From Elainellaceae cyanobacterium (GTDB lineage: Bacteria; Cyanobacteriota; Cyanobacteriia; CAZCXK01), in contig JBNPEG010000021.1 of the NCBI GenBank assembly GCA_051117555.1, positions 73,109 to 137,108 on the forward strand: DNA of 64,000 bases, written 5' to 3'. Shown here one piece after another: positions 52,002 to 62,257 of this stretch (the stretch's first letter is position 1; each line of letters starts with the position of its first letter). The notes under the pieces are model-generated. The model did no database searches. It was given only the letters and a program-made list of their open reading frames with translations, and had not been told where the DNA came from. Made by a program: the position numbers and the translations under genes.

Positions 52002-53072
52002 TCAAGCAACGTTTGAAGCGGGCTCGAATGTAGGTATTGTTGACTGGAGCGCGCTGGATTGGGATGCCTCTGACATCTGGGCGATCGCCCGATCGAGAAG
52101 ATCACAGCCCTGGACAACTGATTCGATGCGACATAGCCGATCGCGGAGTTCGGCGGCTCCGACAAAGCCTTTTGCATACCAGGTCATGTGTTTTCTGGCT
52201 TGTCGAATGCCGCGATCGCCCTTATAGTCCCACAGCATGCAGAGATGTTCTCGCGCACACTGAAGACGCTGCAAAGGGCTGGGCGATTCTCGCCGGTTTC
52301 CCGTTTTCAAGTAATGATCAATTTCTCCGACCAAAAAGGGATAGCCCAGCGTTCCCCGCGAGCACATGACTCCATCAGCTCCGGTCTGCTCTAAGCATTG
52401 AATCGCCGCTTCAACCGAGAAAATATCGCCATTGGCAATCACAGGAATGCTTAGGGCTTCTTTGACCCTAGCAATCCAATCCCATTGGGCAGACCCGTTA
52501 TAGCCTTGGGCACGAGTTCGTCCATGCAGCGTCAGCAATTGCGCTCCAGCGTCTTCCATGCGCTGGGCAAACTCAACCGCATTGATGGTATCGTCGCTCC
52601 AGCCGATACGCGTCTTGACGGTCACGGGCACATCTACTGCGTTAGCAACCGATTGCACAATCGCTGCTGCCGTATCAGGATCGCGCAATAGCGACGACCC
52701 TCCCCCATTCTTCGTAATTTTGTTGACCGGACAGCCCATATTGATATCTACCGTATCTGCGCCCTGTTCAACCGCTTTCTGAGCCGCCTCTGCCAAAAAA
52801 TCGGGGCGGCAATCAAACAGTTGAATGCTGATTGGGCGTTCATTTGGGTCAATGTCCATGATGATTGGCAGGTTGCGCACATGGTGGAGTTCGCTGGCGC
52901 TGACCATCTCGGTATACATCATGGAATCAGGCGCATAGCGCCGCACTAGCCGCCGAAAGGTTAAATCGGTGACCCCTGACAGGGGAGATTGCAACACGCG
53001 ACTCGCAATGGTCACAGAGCCGATGGTCAGCGGAGTAGCAAGTCGGGCTTTGAGATCGGCAGACAGGGTCAT
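52002..53072 (-). CDS. dusB: tRNA dihydrouridine synthase B
   Basis: SPLSGVTD, DINMGCPVNKITK, LHGRTRAQ, ANGDI. Confidence 0.93.
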   Translation of the reverse strand: MTLSADLKARLATPLTIGSVTIASRVLQSPLSGVTDLTFRRLVRRYAPDSMMYTEMVSASELHHVRNLPIIMDIDPNERPISIQLFDCRPDFLAEAAQKAVEQGADTVDINMGCPVNKITKNGGGSSLLRDPDTAAAIVQSVANAVDVPVTVKTRIGWSDDTINAVEFAQRMEDAGAQLLTLHGRTRAQGYNGSAQWDWIARVKEALSIPVIANGDIFSVEAAIQCLEQTGADGVMCSRGTLGYPFLVGEIDHYLKTGNRRESPSPLQRLQCAREHLCMLWDYKGDRGIRQARKHMTWYAKGFVGAAELRDRLCRIESVVQGCDLLDRAIAQMSEASQSSALQSTIPTFEPASNVA

Positions 53073-53098
53073 TGGGGATGGTTGAGAGGGTAGGCAAT

Positions 53099-56000
53099 TT
53101 AGAAGCGGATTTCGTATTCTAATACAGCTCGGGTGTCGTCTGAGAAATTGGTGGTGCCCCGCAACAGAAATTGGTCGTTGAGTCGGTAGCGGATGTTGAA
53201 TTGGGTCGGTTCTTCGACCGTAAGCAACTGCAATATTGAAAAGGACAAATCATTGGTGATGTCGAATCCAAGTTCGGCAGCAAGCGCTAGGGATGCCGTT
53301 GCCTGATCGGTGCTGCCACGTTCGCGACCGTCATCAATGACGGTGGTGGGGAACAAGCGGAAGTCGCTGATGCCTAATGCATTGCTGAGCAGAGTTTGCA
53401 ACCCGGTTAATAAGGCAGATCCAGCGAGGTTGGCGATCGCCAATGCGCTGTCTCCCCGTCCGAGCGTATCTACAAAACCACCGCCGAGCAGTGCAATAAT
53501 CTCGTTCTCGCTTCGGGGGGGACTGCTTCTCAGTTCGATATTGCTAAATAGTTCGCTAGCAGGGCCCATGACGCTGGCTTCTACGCGAACCGTTTGGACT
53601 TCTCCAAAGTCAAATGCAGAGATATCCGCAATTTCCGAGGTGGTAAACGGCGAGGTCGAGACGACAGGGCTGCGCGTTTCTTCAAGAACAGACGTGACAA
53701 GCTGGATGTCTAAGATTGGGTCTAGTCCGCGATTGGGACTGAATTCTGCGATATTGGTATGAGTGCGGTCTAGATTGAATTGTGACGTAAACACGTTGAC
53801 CTGACCGCTCCGCAGACGAATCGTTCCGGCTGGGCGAATATCGTCAATAGTGCCGTTGATGAATAAATTTCCGGATGCCACGAAGTTGAGAATCGGGGCT
53901 CGAGTCAACAAAATTCCGTCGCCTAACGTAATCTCTAAGTCATTAAATTGGGGTGGGGAGACAAATCCGCCAAAGTCAGCAAACGACGTCTGCGTTGCGG
54001 CTGATGCGACGGCTTGATCCGGCAAGGAGATGCGCCCATCTGACAAAATGACCTCTCCAGTGAGCTGAGGAGCCAGGGCAGTGCCATTGATGGCGATCGC
54101 CCCGTTGACGCCACCGTTGTAGAGTCCTTTTAGATTCAGCTCAATATCCGCTAGGGTGACGGTGAGTGGCCGGGGTGGCTCGGCATCCTCCACATTCAGC
54201 GGCAAGAAAATAGGAATGACGCCCTGCGCCATGACCTGACCATCGCTAAACTGCCCTTGAAGCGTTTCAACCAAAATGCGATCGCGATTAAACAACACCC
54301 GCCCTGTAACATTGGTCAGCGGTTCAGGAAGCACTTGTGCAGAAAATGTCCCGTTTTCAAACTCTGCCACTCCCGTTGCCAACGGTCTTAAATCTAAACC
54401 TGTCGACGTTTGTCGGAGCGTGCCTCTGACTTGCAGCGTGACATCCGCCTGTCCGCCTTCCCAGGCGATCGCTCGATTCACCAAATTCAATAGAGCCAAC
54501 CCCTCATTGCGAATATCAACATCCAGGATAATATTGTCGCTCTGTGGAGAAACAGTCATAAACGGAAACTGATAGGGAATACTGGCAGTTAGTCGGAGCG
54601 GATCATCCTCATCCTCAGGTTCATCTTCGACGAGCATTGTGGCAATCACGTTGAGCCGTGCGCCACTATAGCTAAATGTGCTGTCGGCTTCAGCAATCGG
54701 GTTATCGTTAATGGTGGCATTCGTTAGAATAATTTCTCCCCGAGCCTGGGGATTCTCGATGCTGCCGGTGAGAACAGCATTGGCGTTGAGATTGCCTTCA
54801 ATATCGAGGGGCAACCGCAGCAAATCTCGCAGTAGCGCAAGAGAAACATTTTCAGCGAGAAGCTGTCCAGAATTTTCAACCCCGCCACCCACTTGCCCAG
54901 AAAAATTAATCAAGGTGTCGTCTGCAACGAACCGGAATGGGAGAAACGTCAACGTACTGCCATCAAAGCTTCCTTGGGCAATGATCTGATTGGGCTCGGC
55001 ATATTCGCCCCATTGCCAGTCTTGCCCCTGGAGGTCAAACTCAGCTAAGAGCCCATCCCGCTGAGAAAACTCAATGTTAATCGTGCCCGAAAATTCTCCT
55101 TCTAATTCGGCTAAATCAGGCAATAGCGCGGCTTCTTCGCGTTCAGCGACCTGCTCCTCATAAAGGGCCAAAATTTCGGAATAGCGTCTGAGCTGATCGA
55201 AAAGGGACTGATCCGGGGTATCAACCGGAATTGTGTCAACGTCTGCTGCCTGATCGTAAATGGGCGGCGCCAGCAGGCGCACAAAATCGGTGAGTTCAAA
55301 GTATTGGAGAGCAACCAGCAAATCTTCAATGTTGCCTTCCTCCGCTACGATTTGCCCCCTAAATTGAATGGTGCCGATCGGAATCAAGCTGCCAAAGACG
55401 ACGTACCTGCTATCTCCGATTAGCAGTTCGCTGCCGTCAAGGATGATGACCCCATTGGCATAGCGGAACTGCCCTCGAAACGCGTCTCCACTGATATAGC
55501 CAATCCGGGGTTGGGCGATCGCCACCTCTCCCGTGCCCGACAGATTGCTGAGATCTGCAATATTGATATCAAAGCGTCCGGTTGCCAACCCCGCTAATTC
55601 ACCCAGTCCTAGATTGGCAGCGGGTTCAAGGTTGAGTGCTTCAAGCGGAAAATTTTCGATGGATGTCAGCAGGCGATCGCCCTCGCGTCTGCCTTGGGCG
55701 ATCGCCGTATCTTGCCGCACAAAAAATGAAACCGGGCGATAGTCGCCATCAAGCACTACTGTAAGGCGATCTGGGTCGCCGGAGACATCCAGAGCAAGTC
55801 CTTCATTCACGGCAAATTGAAGCGTGCCCGTGAGCGGAGATTCAAACGCTAAATCATTCACCGCTAGGTTGCCGAGCTGCACCCGTCCAGCCACCTGCGG
55901 CATTGCCAACGTCCCAGTCAGTCGTCCGGCAAAGTCGACTCGTCCTGCCAGATCGACGGGCGTGGGCGGCGTAAACGGTAACGGTTCGATTCTCGCTAGC

Positions 56001-57967
56001 TCATAATCGCGGAGGCGAACGTCTAAGTTTAATGTTGTGATTTCGGGCAATCCAGCAGGACGCGGGCGGGTGTTAATCGTCCCACGTGCGCTCAGGCTAG
56101 GCGAACGTGCTTGCAAGACCTCAAGGCGATCGCCCGTCCAACGAATTGATGCCGTCAACGATTCATCTAAATAGGGCACCTGGGAAACCGTCACCTGACC
56201 GTCTGCCGTAATTTGGCTAGGGTTCAACGTGTCTAAACGCCCTGCCAACGCCAGTTCGCCTCCGCCAACCCCCGTGAGATTGGGAACAAATTGGCTGAGC
56301 TGGATTTGAGAACCCGACACGGTCGCCTGCCAGCGATTTTGAGCAAGATTGGCCTGCCCGCTTGCAGACACAGTTCCTCCGGCAACGGTCAGGGTGGTAT
56401 TCCGCAAACGTAGAGTATTGTCAGCATAGAGCAACTCTCCTTGCCCTGAAAACGTGGCTTGGGGCGCACGCCAATTCACCAAGGCTTGAATGTTGTCAAA
56501 TGCCCCAAAAATTTGGATATCAGCCGCTAATGTGCCCAGCGTATACCCAGCCGGAATCCTGCCATAGCGTTGGGCGATCGCATCTCCATTGATAGTCTGA
56601 GCTTGCAGATCAATAGCTAAACCACCGTCTTCGCCCAATTGCGCTCGTCCGCTGCCCGTAATCCGTCCGCCCGTTTGAGGAATCACCTCTAGCGCCTCTA
56701 ACACAATCCTCTGGGGCGTTAGTGAAAACTGGACGTTGGTCTCTGCCAAGGCAATGCGGTCGACCAAAACCGGCGTGCGATTGGTCGCGGTGCCGCTGAT
56801 CTGAGGTTGGTTAAGAGCCCCCATTAATCGAATATCGGCTTGGAATTCACCCTCAACCGAAACGGGGCGCTCGATTCCAAATGTGGTGAACAACTCATCA
56901 GCCGTGACCGATGCAACCATAGCCGTGATGTCAAACCCGTCGTCAAGATGAATGCTTCCCTCGGCTGCCACTGGGATATCGCCATAGCGAAGCGTGGTAT
57001 CTTCTAACTCAACGCGTTGTCCGTCAAATCGCAGTCGCCCCTGTCCATTCGTAAACTGATTCGGGACGTTTCGAATGTTAGCCGCGACCTCATTGAACTG
57101 GGCGGTTCCGCGCAAGCTAAATGAGCGATCGCTCGAAATTTCAACCCCAATATTACCCCCCAGCACCCCATCCTGGATTTGAATCGGCAATGGAGGCAAT
57201 AGACTGCTCACCTCCGTTAGAGAAATCTGGCTCACTTGTGCCAGCACATTCGCCCGCCAATCATCTTCTAAGTCTGCTTCCCCTCGAACGTCAAACCGCC
57301 CGCCGCTTTGGGTTTTGCCATTGAGCTGAAACACGACAAACCGATTGTCATTGCGAAGCGTTATCTCTCCCTGAAATGGCTCCATCACAAATCGAGGAGA
57401 TGCTGCATTCTGCTCTCCGCCTGCAGATGGCTCCTCTAAATCTTGCTGGGGAACCCAGGGCACTAGTTCAGCTCGTCCGTCCTCAATCCGCAGGGTATCG
57501 AGCTTGAACTCAATCCAGCCGGGTTCTGGCTGGGCAATAGTCGTCGCAATCCAACGCCCATCCGCGTCTTGTTCAATCGTCGCATCCGGATTCAGAATCG
57601 TAACATCCAGAGTTAGTCTTCTGCGCCACATCACCTCTAGTGGATTAAATCGAGCCCTGATGCCTGCCATATCGACCTGATCTGAGTCAGTGGCAGTGGG
57701 TGGAATTGAGGATTCTCCGAAGCGTACGTGAGTCAATGAAAATCTCTCGACCGCGCCAATCTCGACTGGACGTTGAATGACCGTGGTCATGCTGCGTTCT
57801 ACTATCGGCACTAGCCTCTGATAGACGAAAAGTCGAAGCCCGACACCTGCCGCCCCTCCAAGGATGGCAAGTGTGCCTAACGCAATACTGATACGACGAA
57901 CATAACGACGTAAATGGGGATGGGCAACCGGATCAGATCCGTTGCCAGAATTCGGAGAATTCGTCAT
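53099..57967 (-). CDS. tamB: Translocation/assembly module TamB (DUF490/AsmA-like) protein
   Basis: 1622 aa, N-terminal TM anchor, beta-rich repeats, C-terminus LRSSPPRSENEIIALLGG...EYEIRF. Confidence 0.88.
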   Translation of the reverse strand: MTNSPNSGNGSDPVAHPHLRRYVRRISIALGTLAILGGAAGVGLRLFVYQRLVPIVERSMTTVIQRPVEIGAVERFSLTHVRFGESSIPPTATDSDQVDMAGIRARFNPLEVMWRRRLTLDVTILNPDATIEQDADGRWIATTIAQPEPGWIEFKLDTLRIEDGRAELVPWVPQQDLEEPSAGGEQNAASPRFVMEPFQGEITLRNDNRFVVFQLNGKTQSGGRFDVRGEADLEDDWRANVLAQVSQISLTEVSSLLPPLPIQIQDGVLGGNIGVEISSDRSFSLRGTAQFNEVAANIRNVPNQFTNGQGRLRFDGQRVELEDTTLRYGDIPVAAEGSIHLDDGFDITAMVASVTADELFTTFGIERPVSVEGEFQADIRLMGALNQPQISGTATNRTPVLVDRIALAETNVQFSLTPQRIVLEALEVIPQTGGRITGSGRAQLGEDGGLAIDLQAQTINGDAIAQRYGRIPAGYTLGTLAADIQIFGAFDNIQALVNWRAPQATFSGQGELLYADNTLRLRNTTLTVAGGTVSASGQANLAQNRWQATVSGSQIQLSQFVPNLTGVGGGELALAGRLDTLNPSQITADGQVTVSQVPYLDESLTASIRWTGDRLEVLQARSPSLSARGTINTRPRPAGLPEITTLNLDVRLRDYELARIEPLPFTPPTPVDLAGRVDFAGRLTGTLAMPQVAGRVQLGNLAVNDLAFESPLTGTLQFAVNEGLALDVSGDPDRLTVVLDGDYRPVSFFVRQDTAIAQGRREGDRLLTSIENFPLEALNLEPAANLGLGELAGLATGRFDINIADLSNLSGTGEVAIAQPRIGYISGDAFRGQFRYANGVIILDGSELLIGDSRYVVFGSLIPIGTIQFRGQIVAEEGNIEDLLVALQYFELTDFVRLLAPPIYDQAADVDTIPVDTPDQSLFDQLRRYSEILALYEEQVAEREEAALLPDLAELEGEFSGTINIEFSQRDGLLAEFDLQGQDWQWGEYAEPNQIIAQGSFDGSTLTFLPFRFVADDTLINFSGQVGGGVENSGQLLAENVSLALLRDLLRLPLDIEGNLNANAVLTGSIENPQARGEIILTNATINDNPIAEADSTFSYSGARLNVIATMLVEDEPEDEDDPLRLTASIPYQFPFMTVSPQSDNIILDVDIRNEGLALLNLVNRAIAWEGGQADVTLQVRGTLRQTSTGLDLRPLATGVAEFENGTFSAQVLPEPLTNVTGRVLFNRDRILVETLQGQFSDGQVMAQGVIPIFLPLNVEDAEPPRPLTVTLADIELNLKGLYNGGVNGAIAINGTALAPQLTGEVILSDGRISLPDQAVASAATQTSFADFGGFVSPPQFNDLEITLGDGILLTRAPILNFVASGNLFINGTIDDIRPAGTIRLRSGQVNVFTSQFNLDRTHTNIAEFSPNRGLDPILDIQLVTSVLEETRSPVVSTSPFTTSEIADISAFDFGEVQTVRVEASVMGPASELFSNIELRSSPPRSENEIIALLGGGFVDTLGRGDSALAIANLAGSALLTGLQTLLSNALGISDFRLFPTTVIDDGRERGSTDQATASLALAAELGFDITNDLSFSILQLLTVEEPTQFNIRYRLNDQFLLRGTTNFSDDTRAVLEYEIRF

Positions 57968-58339
57968 CTGATCCTCATTTGATTCTCATTGGATGACTGA
58001 TGATGTGAAATCTAGTCGAACAACATGAGAGATAGTTCCAAGATTGAGTCGCGTGGAGCATTCACTTAACGCGCAAGTTCCTAATAGATGTGCATGGGTC
58101 GTGCGCAACTGATACACAGTGCGAGTTCTTTTCCATAGGGTAGTAGACCTAACCCATCATTCTGCAAAGGTTTAGGAAAATGAAACGAATTGATTATAAA
58201 TTCATTGAAGAATTTCTCACGACAGGTCTGTGCTTAACAGATGCATCTCAAATTCTAAAATCTTCAGCTCGAACGTGGACGGAACGCCCTAGACTAAATA
58301 CCATAGACGCAATGTTAGACACATGAGGTTTCAAGACCC

Positions 58340-58741
58340 ATGCGCGTATTTGTCTTACTCTTTAATGCGGGCACTGATAATGAGGGCATCCATACCTTGA
58401 GGGTAGGCGATCGCAACCTAGTATTGATGTTCGAAAACGAAGACGATGCCACCCGATATGGTCTGATGCTAGAAGCGCAGGATTTGGGCAGTCCTTCGGT
58501 TGAAGAATTCGATGCTGACGAAATCGAATCGTTTTGCGACGAAGCCAACTACGAAAGCAAATTCATCGAGACAGGCACACTCGCCGTCCCGCCTGAACAC
58601 AATGTGGAATCGACCGATTGGAACCCCGAAGATGACGTGATTAACGACCCCTCGATTCAGGAAAAAGCAGATACCGAACCGTCGGAGCTTTCGAACGATG
58701 AACTCGATCGTCTGCGACGACAATTTGAAGGGTTGCTTTAG
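58340..58741 (+). CDS. DUF3110 family protein
   Basis: MRVFVLLFNAGTDNEGIHT...VLMFENEDDATRYGLMLEAQD...LDRLRRQFEGLL; lies upstream of murQ. Confidence 0.85.
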   Translation: MRVFVLLFNAGTDNEGIHTLRVGDRNLVLMFENEDDATRYGLMLEAQDLGSPSVEEFDADEIESFCDEANYESKFIETGTLAVPPEHNVESTDWNPEDDVINDPSIQEKADTEPSELSNDELDRLRRQFEGLL

Positions 58742-58772
58742 TGTCTCCTGTTTGAGGATCAACGAGAGATCG

Positions 58773-59735
58773 ATGGAGAAATTTGGAGACATTCCCGAAC
58801 GAGGACATTTACTCACCGAGCAGGCTAACCCCAATAGTCAACAGCTCGATCAGCTCACATCTCTAGAGCTGGTTGATTTGTTTGCCCAAGAAGATGCTCA
58901 GGTGATTACCGCTATCCAGCAGGCTCGCCGCCCCTTAGCCCAAGCGATTGATCAAACAGCCCGAGCTATATCTAACGGGGGCAGGCTTATCTACGTTGGA
59001 GCAGGTACGAGTGGGCGATTGGGCGTATTAGACGCGGCTGAGTGCCCTCCTACCTTTTGTACTCCCCCTGAGATGGTACAGGGAATTATTGCGGGGGGTG
59101 CAGAGGCGCTCGTTCGCAGTTCAGAAGCATTAGAGGATCGGGCAGAAGATGGCGCAGAGGCGATCGCTCGTCATCGAATCACTCAGAATGATGTAGTAGT
59201 CGGCATCACAGCGGGGGGCACAACGCCGTTTGTCCACGGAGCTATCCAGGCGTCTCGTCAACAGGGCGCCATCACCATTTTTATAGCCTGTGTTCCATCT
59301 GAACAGGTCGACATTGAGGTCGACATCGACATTCGCCTATTGGTCGGCCCTGAAATCCTTGCAGGCTCAACTCGCCTTAAAGCTGGAACCGCTACCAAGC
59401 TAGCGCTCAATACCTTGTCAACGGGAGTCATGGTCAAGCTCGGCAAGGTGTATGGTAACCGGATGATTGATGTATCGGTCACTAATACAAAACTATATGA
59501 TCGGGCACTACGGATTGTTCAAGATCTAACCGACTTAGATCGCAATGCAGCGGAACACCTGCTCAACGCCAACCATCGGAGCGTTAAGCTGGCTCTGTTA
59601 GTTCACTGGACTGGGGTTGACGCAGAAACGGGCGATCGCCTACTCACCGATCACTATGGTCATCTGAGGCAAGCAGTCTTACGCCATCAATCTCAGATTG
59701 ATTCTCAACTCAATAAGGGGGAATATCCTGATTGA
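58773..59735 (+). CDS. murQ: N-acetylmuramic acid 6-phosphate etherase
   Basis: RGHLLTEQANP, GAGTSGRLGVLDAAECPPTF, GPEILAGSTRLKAGTATK. Confidence 0.97.
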   Translation: MEKFGDIPERGHLLTEQANPNSQQLDQLTSLELVDLFAQEDAQVITAIQQARRPLAQAIDQTARAISNGGRLIYVGAGTSGRLGVLDAAECPPTFCTPPEMVQGIIAGGAEALVRSSEALEDRAEDGAEAIARHRITQNDVVVGITAGGTTPFVHGAIQASRQQGAITIFIACVPSEQVDIEVDIDIRLLVGPEILAGSTRLKAGTATKLALNTLSTGVMVKLGKVYGNRMIDVSVTNTKLYDRALRIVQDLTDLDRNAAEHLLNANHRSVKLALLVHWTGVDAETGDRLLTDHYGHLRQAVLRHQSQIDSQLNKGEYPD

Positions 59736-59869
59736 CTCAAATCCCCCATCCATCTACTATCTAACCAGCCTAAAACTCTAGCCAGGAATATTTTCAAAAA
59801 TCTGGCGCGTTTTTTTGTGAGTTAGAGCTATCAACCCGATTAGGTTTTCAAAGTCAGGGGCGCACAGAC

Positions 59870-61744
59870 GTGAATCAAATACTGGGTGGTCGTTACCAAG
59901 TCATTCGAGGGTTGGGAGCAACAAATCAGAGTGGTACTTACCTAGTTGAAGATACTGGGCTTTCGGGTCATCCCAAATGCGTCGTGCGTCGTCTCCCTCT
60001 GCCTGCCAAGAGTCCGAGAGCATTGAAGTTTGTGTTAGTTCTTCTCAAAAAGAAGGCAGAAGCCCTGAAGTATGCCGGGGAACACGAACAAGTGCCCAAG
60101 ATCCTCGATTACTTCGAGGAAAAGCGAAATTTTTATTTAGTCGAAGAATTTATTGTTGGTCAATCTCTCAGCAAAGACCTAAAGGCTGGAAAAATCTGGC
60201 CTGAGAGTGCAGTGATCGAATTTTTGCGAGATGCTCTCAATATTTTGGTCACGATTCATAGCTGGGGGGTTATTCATCGAAATATCAAGCCCTCTAACCT
60301 GATTCGGCGGTCAACGGATCGGCGGTTAGTTCTCACAGGATTTGGCATTTTTGAGGAGATTAGCAACCAAATTATTCGCTCCCGCATTACAGATTCCCCG
60401 TATCATCATCTGAATGGTGCTGCCGTCTATGCTCCAGAAGAACAGTTTCAAGGAAAAGTCCACTTCAATACTGATTTATACGCTCTGGGTATGATCGGCA
60501 TTCAAGCCTTAACAGGCTTATCTACCAGTGAGCTCATTGATTTGCGGCAAGCCAACGGAAAGTCAACCGGCAGTATCTTCTCATGGCATCAATATGCTAA
60601 TGTTCAATCGCCGTTAGTCAGTATCTTAAATAAGCTGGTTCATCCTGATAGTCAGCAACGATATCAAAATGCAACCGAGGTGCTGGATGATCTCCAGTTT
60701 TTGACGGAGAATGCAGGTGCTCCAGACTCTAACCCAGAGGCCAATCAGGACGCCACGAATACAACGATGAAAAGACATCGCGGGCATTGGCTAACGGGAG
60801 TAGGAATTGCCGCATTGGTGGCGATCGCCCTATTCAGTGCAATATATGCTCGCCTCCCTCAAAAGCTCATCGCTCAATATTTTTCTCATCGAGCCAACGA
60901 ATACGAACAAGCCGACAATTACCAACAGGCGATCGCCCAGTACGATCAAGCGATTCGCAACTATGGCACCGCCGAAACCTATCTCAACCGAGGCATCGCC
61001 TACTATGAAATGGGCAACTGGCAAGTCGCTCAACGCGATCTCAGTCGGGCGATCGACTTACAGCCTGATTTGGCTGATGCGCATTATTATCGAGGCAATA
61101 TCCGATTTAACTTGGGCGATCGCCAAGGTGCGCTCGAAGACTACACCCAAGCTATTCAAAATGACCCCAGCAACGTCCCCGCTTACATCAATCGGGGCAG
61201 CGTTCGAGCTGAGTCAGGTGACGAAAGAGGGGCGATCGAAGATTACGATCAGGCAATTCAGCACGATCCGAGCCGCGCGGCGGCCTATCTGAATCGCTGC
61301 TTGTCACGGTCAAATTTGGGCGATCATCAGGGAGCAATCACCGATTGCAACCAAGCCATTAGCTTGCAGCCTAATTCGGTGCTGGCATATCAAAATAGAG
61401 GATTAGCGCGTCGTAGACTTGGGGACACGCTAGGGGCAATTGAGGATTTCAACATTGCCATTCGGCTCGACCCAGACGATTCTGATCCTTACTACAATCG
61501 AGGGCTAGCACGTATGGAAATCGGAGATCGGACAGGAGCGATCGCTGACTACAGTGAGGCCATCCGACTCAACCCAACTCACGCACTTGCCTATTACGAC
61601 CGAGCATTGGCACGAATCGAAGCCGGAGATAGGGACGGGGCGATCGCAGATCTTCAACAGTCCGCTAAATTGTGCCTAGATGCGGTAAAAATTGGTTGCT
61701 ATGAAGACGCTCAATACCAACTCAATCAACTGCAACAGAGTTAG
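59870..61744 (+). CDS. Ser/Thr kinase-fold (probable pseudokinase) - TM - TPR repeat protein
   Basis: Kinase fold with degenerate motifs (VVR, HRN, GFG), TM WLTGVGIAALVAIALFSAIY, about 8 TPRs of the AYxNRG...GAIxDY type. Confidence 0.9.
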   Translation: MNQILGGRYQVIRGLGATNQSGTYLVEDTGLSGHPKCVVRRLPLPAKSPRALKFVLVLLKKKAEALKYAGEHEQVPKILDYFEEKRNFYLVEEFIVGQSLSKDLKAGKIWPESAVIEFLRDALNILVTIHSWGVIHRNIKPSNLIRRSTDRRLVLTGFGIFEEISNQIIRSRITDSPYHHLNGAAVYAPEEQFQGKVHFNTDLYALGMIGIQALTGLSTSELIDLRQANGKSTGSIFSWHQYANVQSPLVSILNKLVHPDSQQRYQNATEVLDDLQFLTENAGAPDSNPEANQDATNTTMKRHRGHWLTGVGIAALVAIALFSAIYARLPQKLIAQYFSHRANEYEQADNYQQAIAQYDQAIRNYGTAETYLNRGIAYYEMGNWQVAQRDLSRAIDLQPDLADAHYYRGNIRFNLGDRQGALEDYTQAIQNDPSNVPAYINRGSVRAESGDERGAIEDYDQAIQHDPSRAAAYLNRCLSRSNLGDHQGAITDCNQAISLQPNSVLAYQNRGLARRRLGDTLGAIEDFNIAIRLDPDDSDPYYNRGLARMEIGDRTGAIADYSEAIRLNPTHALAYYDRALARIEAGDRDGAIADLQQSAKLCLDAVKIGCYEDAQYQLNQLQQS

Positions 61745-61747
61745 TGT

Positions 61748-61951
61748 CTACGCTTCTTGAAACGCGAGAACTTGGCGACGACCGCTTCCTCGGTGAACGG
61801 TTGTACCGGAATATCCATTGCCCTGAGCGACAATTGTTTCTGAACTGGTGCTAATCTGCTCAGATCGGCTAGAGTAGTTAGAAGACCAATTATCTTCTGA
61901 AACAGTGAGCGCTAGAAGCGCTGCTAAGAGCGTAAAAGTGGAAAACCGCAT
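61748..61951 (-). CDS. patX: PatX-like secreted peptide with an HRGSGRR motif
   Basis: 67 aa; hydrophobic signal peptide MRFSTFTLLAALLALTVS; C-terminal HRGSGRR; TCCGGA motif upstream. Confidence 0.8.
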   Translation of the reverse strand: MRFSTFTLLAALLALTVSEDNWSSNYSSRSEQISTSSETIVAQGNGYSGTTVHRGSGRRQVLAFQEA

Positions 61952-61983
61952 GGAAATACCTAGAAAATTAACTGCTATTCACT

Positions 61984-62011
61984 TTTACGGCCACTAGCGT
62001 CTAGATCCGGA
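61984..62011 (-). promoter_or_regulatory. DIF1-type promoter (TCCGGA-N17-GTAAA) for the patX-like gene
   Basis: The minus strand reads TCCGGA TCTAGACGCTAGTGGCC GTAAAAG, with TCCGGA at 62011-62006, about 55 nt before the ATG. Confidence 0.65.
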
Positions 62012-62257
62012 ATTTCCAGCGACGCTCCGCAAAATTGCCTATTGACTGCGCGGACTAATCTGGTGACTGATCTGGTGACTGAAGGATAAAAGATCTGACA
62101 CATATTGATCACGCTAGCTGATTAGCTGTTGCGAATGATTCCGAAGATGCTGGCAAGACGCTAAAGTTTATCAGCCGATCTCGCAGTTTTTCTATAATTG
62201 CCTGAGAATATAGAAAGTCATGAACGTGAGACAAATTGGGGTTGTTACGATTTAGTT

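Noticed and set aside
53310..57324. Multiple plus-strand ORFs within tamB
   Set aside because: They are antisense shadow frames with no independent evidence.
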